Assembly (NCBI RefSeq): GCF_017348835.2
Contig: NZ_CP071375.1
Strand: one strand, 5' to 3'
Source: Escherichia coli
Lineage (GTDB): Bacteria > Pseudomonadota > Gammaproteobacteria > Enterobacterales > Enterobacteriaceae
DNA length: 64,000 nt
Part shown: one piece after another, positions 23,434-34,472 of the stretch
Numbering within the stretch: the first letter of the stretch is position 1
How the letters are laid out: every line of letters begins with the position of its first letter
Position numbers and translations under genes: made by a program
The notes under the pieces: generated by a model
Database searches by the model: none
Told to the model about the DNA's origin: nothing
What the model saw: only the letters and a program-made list of their open reading frames with translations

Positions 23434-23650
23434 TTGTCAAAAACTTTGACTACAAAAGCAGCAAAGGTCTTATATTCCCATCCGATGGCGTATCGATGCC
23501 CAGCTTCACGTTTCAGCTCTCAATCTTCGAGATGCAGAAGAAATTACCACAGGATTACGCGTGGAATTTTGCCGGATAAATGGTTCGCGTGGACCTTCAA
23601 CTGCCAATGTTTATCCCGGGATGAGATTCAATATCTCTATTGCCCCATTT
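23434..23650 (+). pseudogene. cspF: CspF/CspH-like cold-shock gene remnant (frameshifted)
   Basis: N-terminus [22 protein letters not shown], then CSD C-terminus ([19 protein letters not shown]) in another frame. Confidence 0.6.
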
Positions 23651-23656
23651 AAAGCA

Positions 23657-23692
23657 CAAAAACCCGCTTATAAGCGGGTTTTCTACTTTTTT
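23657..23692. terminator. Bidirectional terminator (aaacccgcttataagcgggttt)
   Basis: Palindromic hairpin with T-runs on both strands, between the cspF remnant and quuQ. Confidence 0.6.
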
Positions 23693-23788
23693 CTAAACGT
23701 CGGATACACAAAGCCCATCGTTGAGAAAATCTTATCCATGTTTTTTGAAAAATGCAAACATCATGTCGCCATCTTCAGCAAAAATCAT

Positions 23789-24493
23789 TTATCTCGTCAC
23801 CTTCCTCAATTGCGCTTCCGCGTATGCTTCTTCCTGCCAGCACTTTGTTACCAGTTTACCAATGACGTCAGCATACCCCTTATACCACTGATAATCGGTC
23901 AGGTCTGGTACCAGCTTCTGGACATGACGTCGTGCCAGCGTGGTCGGTAAACGACTAAACCGGTTTCCATTACAACGCCCACAAATCTTATATACCGGTA
24001 CGCCATGAAACCGGGTTCTTTTTTCATCCAGAACAATCCCTTTACCCTTACACCCTCTGCACGCTGTGCTGACTTCGCCCTTACCATGGCAATGCTGACA
24101 TAGTTCCTTTACCCATTCTTCCTTGATTACAGATTCCCCGCGTCTGTAGTGTTTCACCACTTCGCGCAATACATTATAAAATCCCGTACCTGAACAATGC
24201 TCACAGCGAGCCTTACTTGCCGCAGACCTAGAGTAATCAGCAAAGGCAAAATTCACGAGGTAAGGAATAATCTGTAACCGGATTTCTTCACTCAATTTGT
24301 TCAATGTCGGGTTATCCAGTGCCATCGCGTAATTTAGCAGGCCTTCAATCGCAAACTGAGGGTCCTGAACACCAACTTTTGCCAGAAATAAGGCCAACCC
24401 AAGTGGTGCTTTCGACTGCACCATCCCCTGCGCTGCCATTACATCCGTAATTGTTAAACAACCGGTGCCTGTCGCTGGAGCGTCATCGCTCAA
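23789..24493 (-). CDS. quuQ: Q-like late-gene antiterminator
   Basis: 234 aa with Cys-rich zinc-finger region (CEHCSGTG...CQHCHGKG...CRGCKGKG). Confidence 0.75.
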   Translation of the reverse strand: MSDDAPATGTGCLTITDVMAAQGMVQSKAPLGLALFLAKVGVQDPQFAIEGLLNYAMALDNPTLNKLSEEIRLQIIPYLVNFAFADYSRSAASKARCEHCSGTGFYNVLREVVKHYRRGESVIKEEWVKELCQHCHGKGEVSTACRGCKGKGIVLDEKRTRFHGVPVYKICGRCNGNRFSRLPTTLARRHVQKLVPDLTDYQWYKGYADVIGKLVTKCWQEEAYAEAQLRKVTR

Positions 24494-24555
24494 TTTTGGA
24501 GATTTTGGGGAGTTGAACCGCCCCGGGTTTCCTGGAGAGTGTTTTATCTGTGAAC

Positions 24556-25443
24556 TCAGGCTGCCAGATCATTATTTCCGATGGAAGCATAATAAGCTTT
24601 TTCTGCTTCTGCCGGAGGAATATGGCCCAGCCTTTCCAGCAATCGTCGATTGTTATACCAGTCCACCCACGTTAGTGTGGCCAGTTCCACTTCTGTCCGG
24701 TTTTTCCAGCTCTTACGGTGTATTACCTCCGCTTTGTAAAGACCATTGATGCTCTCAGCCATCGCGTTGTCATACGAGTCGCCAGTACTCCCTGTTGATG
24801 CCAGTAATCCGGCTTCCTTAAGCCGCTGCGTGTAGGCCAGCGATACATACTGAGAACCTTTATCACTGTGATGGATTGTGCCGGACGGCCGACGGGCCCA
24901 CAACGCCTGCTCCAGTGCATCCAGCACGAATGTTGTTTCCATGGATGATGAGACCTGCCATCCCACGATGTATCCGGCGAACACATCAATGATGAACGCC
25001 ACATAAACGAAGCCCTGCCATGTGCTTACCCAGGTAAAATCAGCCACCCACAACTGGTCTGGACGTTCTGCCACGAACTGACGGTTTACGCGGTCGCATG
25101 CGGCAACGGCTTTCCGGCTGACGGTAGTGCGGACCTTTTTACCCCGGAGAACACCGGCAAGTCCCATAACTGCCATGAGACGTGCCACAGTGCATCTGGC
25201 CACTCTGATACCTTCCCGTAACAACTGACGCCAGACTTTACGCACACCGTATACCTGGTGATTTTCATCGTATACGCGCTGTATCTCTTTCTTCAGCCAG
25301 TCATCGTGCTGCGCACGGGCACTGCGTTTATCCGGATGATGTCGCTGTTGCTGACAATGGTAATACGTTGACGGGGCAATATGCAGTTCGCTGCATACCG
25401 GTCCGACCCCGTACTGCTCACGCAGCTTATCCAGCAGTGGCAT
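24556..25443 (-). CDS. IS3-family transposase OrfB (DDE catalytic domain)
   Basis: 295 aa integrase-core ORF. Confidence 0.85.
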   Translation of the reverse strand: MPLLDKLREQYGVGPVCSELHIAPSTYYHCQQQRHHPDKRSARAQHDDWLKKEIQRVYDENHQVYGVRKVWRQLLREGIRVARCTVARLMAVMGLAGVLRGKKVRTTVSRKAVAACDRVNRQFVAERPDQLWVADFTWVSTWQGFVYVAFIIDVFAGYIVGWQVSSSMETTFVLDALEQALWARRPSGTIHHSDKGSQYVSLAYTQRLKEAGLLASTGSTGDSYDNAMAESINGLYKAEVIHRKSWKNRTEVELATLTWVDWYNNRRLLERLGHIPPAEAEKAYYASIGNNDLAA

Positions 25444-25769
25444 TATTTTTTCCAGAGGCGGTCGAACTCCGCCTTCGCAAAATAAGCGGAAGCCTGGCGA
25501 AGGATATCGTTACTGCGGCGCAGTTCACGATTTTCACGTTCCAGCTCTTTCAGACGCTGACGTTCAGCGGTGGTGAGTCCACCATCACCACTCCCGGTAT
25601 CCCGCTCATGCTGGCGAACCCAGACACGCAGAGTCTCCGGCGTACAGCCAATCTTTGGGGCAATGGAACAAATTGCCGCCCACTGTGAGTCATATTCATC
25701 CTGACTTTCCAGAACCATACGAATCGCCCGCTGACGGACTTCGGGGGAAAAACGAGTATTTTTAGTCAT
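25443..25769 (-). CDS. IS3-family transposase OrfA (HTH + leucine zipper)
   Basis: 108 aa, [33 protein letters not shown]... Confidence 0.85.
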   Translation of the reverse strand: MTKNTRFSPEVRQRAIRMVLESQDEYDSQWAAICSIAPKIGCTPETLRVWVRQHERDTGSGDGGLTTAERQRLKELERENRELRRSNDILRQASAYFAKAEFDRLWKK

Positions 25770-25874
25770 CCTGTTTACCTCTTTCTCAGGGAGTTTAGTC
25801 TCCAGGATTTCCGGGGCGGTTCATTAAAGATTTTTTTGTGCATGCCGATAGTGCTTTTTTAAAAGGAGAAATCT

Positions 25875-26207
25875 ATGTCTGTCACAATTCAGGGAAATAC
25901 CTCAACCGTTATTTCAAACAACTCCGCCCCGGAAGGAACATCAGAAATAGCCAAAATCACAAGACAAATTCAGGTGCTGACTGAAAAGCTTGGGAAAATC
26001 TCATCGGAAGAGGGGATGACGACACAGCAGAAAAAAGAAATGGCTGCATTGGTACAGAAGCAAATTGAAAGCCTCAGGGCTCAACTGGAGCAGTTGTTAA
26101 GGCAGCAGGCAGAGAAAAAGAATGAAGACGCGACAGTTCAGCCTGATAAAAAAGAAGAGAAAAAAGACGATACAAATACCGCTGGCACCATTGATATTTA
26201 CGTCTAA
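25875..26207 (+). CDS. flxA: FlxA-like protein (110 aa)
   Basis: Length and coiled-coil-like sequence; Qin context. Confidence 0.6.
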   Translation: MSVTIQGNTSTVISNNSAPEGTSEIAKITRQIQVLTEKLGKISSEEGMTTQQKKEMAALVQKQIESLRAQLEQLLRQQAEKKNEDATVQPDKKEEKKDDTNTAGTIDIYV

Positions 26208-26221
26208 GTGACAGCCGTATT

Positions 26222-26244
26222 GTGGCCCTCATCGGGCCACTTTT
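26222..26244 (+). terminator. Rho-independent terminator after flxA
   Basis: gtggccc tcatc gggccac followed by TTTT. Confidence 0.65.
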
Positions 26245-26643
26245 CGCCATCAGCCTTTTCTTTAAAGACATATTATCTTTGTATCATTTCTGATAGTTAA
26301 CATTACAAGATATAAGTAATGGACGCACTCCCAATTAGTCTATTTAAATCGCCACGAGTTTAACTGACAACCCATGATCAATTATGAATTGCAACTATTT
26401 CTGTAGTCACTTTTGTGGGGACAGTCCACAAAACTGCCAACTTCCGCTTCTTGCTCTTAGCGGACATTAGCATAGGCTATTTACCATAACGCCTCATTAC
26501 GCGCACCGCCCAGACTGACTCAGCGCGTTTCTGGCATATCCCCGGTAAAACAAGTAACAAACCACCCGAAAATGAACACCAGAAACGCGACTTAAGAATC
26601 TACCCTATGAATGGATATGCACTCAACCGAATCGATCTTGGTT

Positions 26644-27985
26644 TCAATCTTTTTTATCGGGATCAGGCTTCTTTTTAGGTAACTTCGGGGGCTTAACTTG
26701 CTGATGACTTTGCGTTCGGCGCGTAAGCCAGGGATGGTCAGCTTTAGGTTTAACATAGTATTTTGAGCGTAAATCAATACGGGCATTATCCACTCGTTCA
26801 TGGACACTCTTTTCATCATCCAGTGGTATAGGCTCCGGGCCATCAACATACTTTTCCCAGCCCAGCGCTTTCCCGTCATACAGAACGTTAATTTCACCGT
26901 CAAAGTTCTCGCATACAGTAACAACCGAATGCCTAAGTCGATATCCCCGGCCCTCACTGCGTACCTGAAACGCACTGCTTTTGTACTGGAAAGTGAGATT
27001 TTTAGACAGAACGCGCTTCGCCTGTAGGCTGAAGATATAACCCAGTTCCTCTTCAGAATGGTGCACATCAAGATGAGCATTATCAGTAGTACGAGGCGAC
27101 GTAGCGAACCGGTTGTTATAGGCTTCAATAAAGGTCGGCAACCATGCATTTGCTGTTTCAATATCACTGATATTCTGAAGCCGCATTTCTTTGACCAGCC
27201 TGTCCTGTAGTGTCTGATTGGCGCGCTCTACCCGCCCTTTTGCCTGCGGGCTGTTGGCATGGATTGGCTCGATGCCCAGTGTCTTTATCGCACGAGTGAA
27301 CTGGGTCAGCTCACCTTCCCGCTCTGGGTTATTTACCCTGAATATACTGTGTCTATCAGAGTAGAGAGCGAGCGGTACGCCATGATCATTAAGGTAACCC
27401 CGGAGGGTTTCCATGTAAGCCCGGGTTGTTTCAGCAGGCACAAAACGCAACGCCATCAACGCACTGGTGGCATCATCAATGAAAACGATCAGTGTACATC
27501 TGGGGCCTCGATTTTCAAACCAGTCATGAGGTGAGCCATCAATCTGGATCAGTTCACCGTAAGATGGTCGTCGCATGCGGCGTTGATATATACGGGCAAT
27601 TTTACGACGGCGTTCACGCCATACCCCCCTCTTCTATCATCCACTTTCTGAGAGTTTCAACGGATAAAGATAAACCGTGTATCTCGCGCAATTTTTCGCA
27701 CGCAAACGTAGGTCCAAAATCAGCGTAACGGCCTTTGAGGAGTGAAATTACTGTTGCTCTGAATTCAGTAGAAAAGGAATTATTAGGACGCTTTCCACGT
27801 CGGTGGGAAACCAGACCAGAAGGCCCTTCATTTCTATACCGTTGCACCAGACGTTTAACCTGCCGAATAGAAATGCCAATGCGTGCCGCAGCTTGTTCCT
27901 GAGTAATATGTCGATTAATTGACTCCTGAATAATCTGAAGTCGGTGGAGTTCCTTATGACTCATCGTAACAGTTTCTTTGGTCAT
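26644..27985 (-). pseudogene. DDE transposase (integrase-core; IS481/ISNCY-like) split by a frameshift
   Basis: N-terminal HTH part 27614-27985 and catalytic part 26644-27576 are in different frames; junction at a C6/G6 run around 27624-27629. Confidence 0.65.
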
Positions 27986-29651
27986 GAAAAATCCCCCAGA
28001 GAATTGTCTGGGGACATTTTAGAATGGTTCAAAGGGGACATTACAGCTTGGTGTTAACAATAGCCTGCTTCTCCTTGCCTTTCGGCACGTAAGAGGCTAA
28101 CCTACATGTGTCTGGCATGAAATTGGCCTCAGATTAATGTTAAGCGTCTTGCAGGACGCGTAATGTTAACTGGGGCTTTTCTCTACCTGCCGTTGGTGTT
28201 CGTGCCCGAGGCAGATAGCCTCAAGCACCCGCAGTCATTCTACTTAACTAAGATTTCCCCGCAAACCGTTTTTGTCCAGCACAGTAAATATCCAACTAAA
28301 CCAATGGAGTTCGCTGTATTTACCGCCAGTATTCAATGCACATGACCGCCATGAACACCCCTAAAAAAAGGGCATTTATATATCCAAATATTAATATCAA
28401 AACATCAACTTTTTCCATATACCTTGCTGTGAAGATGATGGGCATACATGATGCGAACAACCAGAACGCAACAAACAAAAACTGCAATGCGTTTTTCATT
28501 ATTCCTCCTACAATCAATGTGCAATTACATTTAAACACACCTCAATTTGGCCGGACATATAAATATCTAAACCAGAAAAAATCACTTACATAGCGTTACA
28601 AACTCTTTAGTCTAAAGGTTCATCGTAAAACATTCCCCATACTTATCAGTCCGTTCCGCGCCAGGTAGCTCATTGCCTTATCTGGCAACCTGTAATCAGG
28701 TTTCCGCTTTTTCAGTTGGCTGGTCGTTTAACCGACATAGTTAACCCATTAATCTAGTTGCCGGATGTTGGTGGATTTTCGCGTTTTAGTTGTTCATAAA
28801 AGTGCACAGCTTTAACCAATTCTTCTGATGTAACCGGGACTGGTGAGGCAGTGAATAAGGCCTGAATTTGATAGTTCGGCCTGTCGTTACAATCCTCTTT
28901 TTTCGGTACATATTTCCAGTCACCAGACCACTACTTCCCCTGAAAGTCCGTAACGCCTTTTTTCACGTAGCGATATCGCCATGTCACTGGTTTTGCTTGC
29001 CCCGCCGTTTCATGCCCTTCCTGATAATTAATCTCGCTCATTCATCGCCCCACTCATCACAATATGCTTCGACCGGAGTTTTTCCCGCTTCATAGTCATC
29101 ACGCTAGGATTCGACATCAGCAGCACTTCCACCGCGTAACTCACCATAGTCCATTAATAGTTCATCCCGCTCTTCAAAACTGATGTTATATTTAGCTGAA
29201 CAAAAATCAGCCACTTTGTTCTTCCTCATCGTCTTTTATTTCGTGGTATGAGTAATTGCAGTAGTTAAAGAAAATTTCTTATGCTCCGTCATGAATTTCA
29301 TCAGGTGTTGCGTCATCGTCCACTTCGAATACATCCTCAAAATCTCCACCAGCTATTCCCGTTTCAATAATAATTTTGAACTTTCGCATTTCACTACCGC
29401 CCTTTCGGGCGGCCTCCTGATGTTCTGAGGGTGCAGAAATCCATCCGGTTAAGGATTAAGTTTTATTTACAGAACTGAATTTAATTATTCAGATATACGT
29501 ATCTGTAACCTTACGAATCTACTCACTGGATGCCTCTTTCATAAAAATAATCCAGTGGGTTTTATCGTTTTTTCCCTGTTCGTTGACAGATAACAGGCTT
29601 TCTATCTGTCAGTGCCAGAATCTGGCTTACCGGTATTTGCGTTTCATTCCA

Positions 29652-30008
29652 TTAAAAAATCAGAACGCCGTGCGGCCTCAACACCCGAAAAGCTTCTTTA
29701 AATCTCTGTCGCAAATCATCACGCCAGGCATCTTTATTCAGCCGTCCATATTTCTTTCCCATCCAGGCGTTATCACCAACACGCTCAAGATGCGGAGGGT
29801 CTAATACAACCATCGAAAAAGATGCGTCTGCAAATGATAATGCACGAAAATCTGCGATAATGTCAGGGCTGATAATCAAGCGTCTCCCATTGCGTAATGT
29901 GTATCCTTCTTTTCTGATATCGCTAAATATCGCCCGTTCGTCAGACTTATCGAACCAGAACATGCGGCTGCCACAGCACATATCAAGAATGGTTGCCGGT
30001 GCACTCAC
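29652..30008 (-). CDS. DNA methyltransferase fragment (DPPH-type motif)
   Basis: 118 aa with VVLDPPHL motif; short for a complete MTase. Confidence 0.45.
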   Translation of the reverse strand: MSAPATILDMCCGSRMFWFDKSDERAIFSDIRKEGYTLRNGRRLIISPDIIADFRALSFADASFSMVVLDPPHLERVGDNAWMGKKYGRLNKDAWRDDLRQRFKEAFRVLRPHGVLIF

Positions 30009-30535
30009 TGCGCCACGTCCTGAAAATTACCCTGATAGAAAGCCAGTATGCGCTGCATAACTTCGCTCTTCCGGCACTCGCGACAGATTATGTTTAGGCG
30101 ACTGTCGTAGCGACGTATTTCTCCGTCAGGTGATGACCAGATAAGGTCCGGATCAACCACAGCAGGTTTCTTCACCTTTGCCCTCGAGAGTTTTTTGCGG
30201 GCGTTTTGCCAGTCCTTACGCGCCTGTTCAGAGGGGAATAACCCGTATCTGATATCCCAAAAAATGAAACCGCACCGGAAGCTGAACCATCTGTAGAGCG
30301 TGAGGGGCCGTTCTATTTCCTCTTCGCAGATAAGGACGGAGAAAAATACGGTCGCGCAAACAAACTTTCTGGTCTGGATAAGGCACTGGCTGCTGGCGCC
30401 ACTGAAATCACAAAAGAAGAATATTTTGCCCGAAAAAATGGCACATACACGGGCTTACCGCAAAATGTAGATACCGCTGAAGATTCAGAACAACCAGAGC
30501 CGATAAAAGTTACCGCTGACGAAGTAAACAAAATT

Positions 30536-31615
30536 ATGCAGGCAGCCAATATCAGCCAGCCTGACGCCGATAAGTTGCTTGCTGCATCACGTGGTGAATT
30601 TGTTGAAGGGATTAGTGACCCGAATGATCCGAAATGGGTTAAGGGGATCCAGACCCGCGATTCTGTGAACCAGAACCAGCATGAATCGGAACGGAACTAC
30701 CAAAAAGCGGAACAAAACAGCCCAAATGCGTTACAAAACGAGCCAGAAACGAAACAGCCTGAATCAGTGGCGCAACAGGAAGTGGAAAAAGTCTGCACCG
30801 CCTGCGGTCAGACCGGCGGCGGCAACTGCCCTGATTGTGGCGCGGTGATGGGCGACGCAACATACCAAGAAACATTCGATGAAGAGTATCAGGTTGAAGT
30901 TCAGGAAGATGATCCGGAGGAAATGGAAGGCGCTGAACATCCACACAAGGAGAACGCTGGCGGCAATCAGCATCACGATAGCGATAATGAAACTGGCGAG
31001 ACGGCAGATCACTCAATTAAGGTGAACGGTCATCACGAAATCACATCCACCAGCAGGACGTGTGACCATCTAATGATCGACCTTGAAACCATGGGAAAAA
31101 ATCCTGATGCCCCGATCATCTCAATAGGTGCAATATTTTTCGATCCGCAAACCGGAGATATGGGACCGGAATTTAGTAAGACTATCGATCTGGAAACTGC
31201 TGGCGGAGTCATTGATCGGGACACCATTAAATGGTGGCTTAAGCAATCACGCGAAGCGCAATCGGCCATTATGACCGATGAAATCCCGTTAGATGATGCA
31301 CTGTTACAATTGCGGGAATTTATCGACGAAAACTCCGGTGAATTTTTTGTTCAGGTTTGGGGAAATGGAGCCAACTTCGACAACACGATTTTGCGCCGTT
31401 CATACGAACGGCAGGGGATCCCCTGCCCGTGGCGTTACTACAACGATCGCGATGTACGCACAATCGTTGAGCTGGGGAAAGCCATAGACTTCGATGCCAG
31501 AACGGCTATTCCATTCGAAGGTGAGCGCCATAATGCACTTGATGACGCCCGTTACCAGGCAAAATACGTTTCAGTTATCTGGCAAAAACTGATCCCGAGT
31601 CAGGCTGATTCTTAA
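30536..31615 (+). CDS. Prophage protein with C-terminal DEDDh-type 3'-5' exonuclease domain
   Basis: MIDLETMG... and HNALDDARY motifs; acidic low-complexity N-region; the frame is open upstream without an ATG. Confidence 0.6.
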   Translation: MQAANISQPDADKLLAASRGEFVEGISDPNDPKWVKGIQTRDSVNQNQHESERNYQKAEQNSPNALQNEPETKQPESVAQQEVEKVCTACGQTGGGNCPDCGAVMGDATYQETFDEEYQVEVQEDDPEEMEGAEHPHKENAGGNQHHDSDNETGETADHSIKVNGHHEITSTSRTCDHLMIDLETMGKNPDAPIISIGAIFFDPQTGDMGPEFSKTIDLETAGGVIDRDTIKWWLKQSREAQSAIMTDEIPLDDALLQLREFIDENSGEFFVQVWGNGANFDNTILRRSYERQGIPCPWRYYNDRDVRTIVELGKAIDFDARTAIPFEGERHNALDDARYQAKYVSVIWQKLIPSQADS

Positions 31616-31687
31616 TGTTCAACTGTCGCCGGTTGTGACTGGTATTCTGCAACCGGCGCTCGTCTGATGTAAGAGATAAAGAAATCG

Positions 31688-31939
31688 ATGAGCGAAGTAA
31701 TCATGATTGTCTCTCCCGGCAAATGGGTATCCGAAGAGCAGTTAATTGCGCTGAAAGGAATAAAAAAAGGTACGTTAAAAAAGGCCCGGGAAAAATCGTT
31801 TATGGAAGGAAGGGAATATAAGCATGTCGCTCATGACGGTATGCCATGGGATAACAGTCCATGCTTTTACAACCTGGAAGAAATTGATCGCTGGATTGAG
31901 CGCCAGGCATCAGCAAGACCAAGACGTCATCTTACTTGA
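31688..31939 (+). CDS. Excisionase-like protein
   Basis: 83 aa basic ORF immediately upstream of the integrase. Confidence 0.55.
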   Translation: MSEVIMIVSPGKWVSEEQLIALKGIKKGTLKKAREKSFMEGREYKHVAHDGMPWDNSPCFYNLEEIDRWIERQASARPRRHLT

Positions 31940-31958
31940 CTAAAAGCCACACTAACTA

Positions 31959-33254
31959 ATGAGAGAAGTTGAAATGAAATATCCGACAGGCGTGGAAAAC
32001 CATGGAGGGAAATTACGTATCTGGTTTGTTTATAAAGGCGTAAGAGTCAGGGAAAACCTGGGGGTTCCTGACACAGCAAAAAACAGGCGCGTTGCAGGTG
32101 AGCTACGCGCCTCTGTTTGTTACGCAATAAAAACTGGTGTTTTCGACTATGCAAAACAGTTTCCCTCCTCACGCAATCTGGAAAAATTTGGTGAGACTCG
32201 ACAAGATTTAACCATAAAAGAACTGGCTGAAAAATTTCTGGCACTGAAAGAAACTGAAGTCGCAAAAACATCACTCAACACATACCGTGCCGTCATCAAA
32301 AATATCCTGAGCATAATCGGTGAAAAAAATCTTGCCTCATCGATTAATAAAGAAAAATTACTGGAGGTTCGTAAAGAGCTACTGACTGGATACCAGATCC
32401 CCAAAAGTAACTATATTGTTACACAACCAGGGAGATCGGCTGTAACTGTAAATAATTACATGACAAATCTTAACGCCGTGTTCCAGTTTGGTGTTGATAA
32501 CGGTTACCTGGCAGATAACCCGTTTAAGGGGATCTCGCCATTAAAGGAATCAAGAACCATTCCGGATCCTCTTTCGCGGGAGGAATTCATCCGTCTTATC
32601 GATGCGTGCAGAAATCAGCAAGCCAAAAATTTATGGTGTGTTTCTGTTTATACTGGCGTTCGCCCTGGTGAGCTGTGTGCACTTGGATGGGAGGACATAG
32701 ATCTGAAAAATGGAACAATGATGATCAGGAGAAATTTAGCAAAAGACCGTTTCACGGTACCAAAAACACAGGCGGGAACCAATCGGGTCATTCATCTTAT
32801 TAAGCCAGCAATCGACGCTCTCCGGAGTCAGATGACATTAACGAGACTGAGCAAAGAGCATATCATTGATGTTCACCTCAGAGAGTATGGCAGAACAGAA
32901 AAACATAAATGCACCTTTGTTTTTCAACCTGAAGTGTCAGCGAGAGTAAAAAATTATGGTGACCATTTTACCGTTGACTCAATAAGGCAGATGTGGGACG
33001 CAGCGATAAAACGTGCCGGACTCCGCCATCGAAAATCATATCAGTCGAGACATACTTATGCCTGCTGGTCGCTGACAGCTGGTGCTAATCCGGCATTTAT
33101 AGCAAACCAGATGGGCCATGCAGATGCGCAAATGGTATTTCAGGTATACGGAAAATGGATGTCTGAAAACAATAATGCACAGGTAGCTTTGTTAAATACA
33201 CAGTTAAGCGAGTTTGCCCCAACCATGCCCCATAACGAAGCAATGAAAAATTAA
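31959..33254 (+). CDS. Tyrosine-type site-specific integrase (apparently intact)
   Basis: 431 aa; C-terminal catalytic region with R...HxxR...Y context; ~40 bp from the att repeat. Confidence 0.85.
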   Translation: MREVEMKYPTGVENHGGKLRIWFVYKGVRVRENLGVPDTAKNRRVAGELRASVCYAIKTGVFDYAKQFPSSRNLEKFGETRQDLTIKELAEKFLALKETEVAKTSLNTYRAVIKNILSIIGEKNLASSINKEKLLEVRKELLTGYQIPKSNYIVTQPGRSAVTVNNYMTNLNAVFQFGVDNGYLADNPFKGISPLKESRTIPDPLSREEFIRLIDACRNQQAKNLWCVSVYTGVRPGELCALGWEDIDLKNGTMMIRRNLAKDRFTVPKTQAGTNRVIHLIKPAIDALRSQMTLTRLSKEHIIDVHLREYGRTEKHKCTFVFQPEVSARVKNYGDHFTVDSIRQMWDAAIKRAGLRHRKSYQSRHTYACWSLTAGANPAFIANQMGHADAQMVFQVYGKWMSENNNAQVALLNTQLSEFAPTMPHNEAMKN

Positions 33255-33291
33255 TTTAATATTTATCAAATAGTTGACACGTATGACTCTT

Positions 33292-33306
33292 GAAATCCAT
33301 AAATTC
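33292..33306. repeat. Prophage att core copy (gaaatccataaattc)
   Basis: Direct repeat of 12580-12594. Confidence 0.55.
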
Positions 33307-33374
33307 AAGCGCAGTGCCCAGCCATCCCGATACTGCTGCTTTCACCAAATCCTTAGTGCTTCTTTCGTGTTTTT
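33292..33374 (-). pseudogene. 5' fragment of ydfJ (N-terminal 28 codons) separated from the gene body by the prophage
   Basis: Minus-strand MTIEKHERSTKDLVKAAVSGWLGTALEFMDF runs into the att repeat; continues logically into MDFQLYSLG at 12588. Confidence 0.55.
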
Positions 33375-33441
33375 CTATTGTCATAATGGTTATCTCTAAA
33401 AAAGAGGTAAGATGCGTACTACTTACTCGCAGTTATTGGTA

Positions 33442-34461
33442 TTATTCAGAAAAAGTGAGTAAGACTTTGCAGCAATGTTTTTGATCCTGTTCAAATAAAC
33501 TAATGGCATCAGCAACATGCTGGAAATCAAACGTATGGGTAATTAATTTTTCTGGTTTAATTAACCCTTTACTTAACCAGTCGATAACGACCGGAAATTT
33601 ATTTGCATTTAAGCGTGAAGAGAAAATAGAGAGTTCTTTTCCGGTAATTCCTTGCTGAATCACTTCAGACGGTTCACTGGAGAACCCCATCAATACAATA
33701 CGTGCCGCTGGAGAAGCCAGCGTTACGGCCTCTTTCAGGATAGAAGGATGACAAGCCGCATCGATAATTAATGTCGGCTTGATGCCTTTTTCAGTGAAAA
33801 TCTCGCCAAGCGGTGTCTGGCTGTTATTAATCGCCCAGTCAGCCCCGCTCTCTTTCGCTTTTTCCAGTCGTTCATCAATGCGATCGGCAACAATCACATT
33901 TTTAACGTTATAGACGCCTTTTAATACCTGAACGATCGTCAGGCCGATTGGACCGGCACCGTAAACCAGAACGGTATCATTTTCAGTCGGTTGACCATGA
34001 CCGGTTACGTTAGCCGCAATGGTAAAAGGTTCGATCATCACCGCATATTGATCGGCCACTGCTTCAGGAATTTTCCACGCATTTTTTGCCGGAACCACAG
34101 CATATTCACTGAAACCACCGTCAACGTGCACACCTAATACAGCGAGTGTCGTACAAACGTTCGGCTTACCTATAGAGCACGGATAGCAATGACCACAGCT
34201 GACCACCGGATCGACAGCAACACGTTCACCGACTCTGGTGCTTTCCACACCTTCACCCACCGCATCAATGACGCCAAAGAATTCATGTCCAATGACGCGC
34301 GGATATTTCGCAAAAGGATTATGCCCACGATAAATATGGCTATCTGAACCACAAATTCCGGCAAGTTTTACTTTTACTCGTACTTCACCCGCTGACGGGG
34401 TGGGTATTTCACGTTCGACAATCGCCAGTTGATTCGGTTTTTCAATTAATATGCTTTTCAT
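33442..34461 (-). CDS. rspB: Zn-dependent alcohol-dehydrogenase-like starvation-sensing protein RspB
   Basis: GHE...C zinc-ADH signature; 339 aa from MKSIL. Confidence 0.85.
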   Translation of the reverse strand: MKSILIEKPNQLAIVEREIPTPSAGEVRVKVKLAGICGSDSHIYRGHNPFAKYPRVIGHEFFGVIDAVGEGVESTRVGERVAVDPVVSCGHCYPCSIGKPNVCTTLAVLGVHVDGGFSEYAVVPAKNAWKIPEAVADQYAVMIEPFTIAANVTGHGQPTENDTVLVYGAGPIGLTIVQVLKGVYNVKNVIVADRIDERLEKAKESGADWAINNSQTPLGEIFTEKGIKPTLIIDAACHPSILKEAVTLASPAARIVLMGFSSEPSEVIQQGITGKELSIFSSRLNANKFPVVIDWLSKGLIKPEKLITHTFDFQHVADAISLFEQDQKHCCKVLLTFSE

Positions 34462-34472
34462 TATCTTACTCC

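Larger units (their letters stand above)
24514..25823 (-). mobile_element. IS3-family insertion sequence, IS629-like (1310 bp)
   Basis: Terminal inverted repeats TGAACCGCCCCGG...; two overlapping ORFs; OrfA matches IS629/IS1203 as recalled. Confidence 0.85.
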
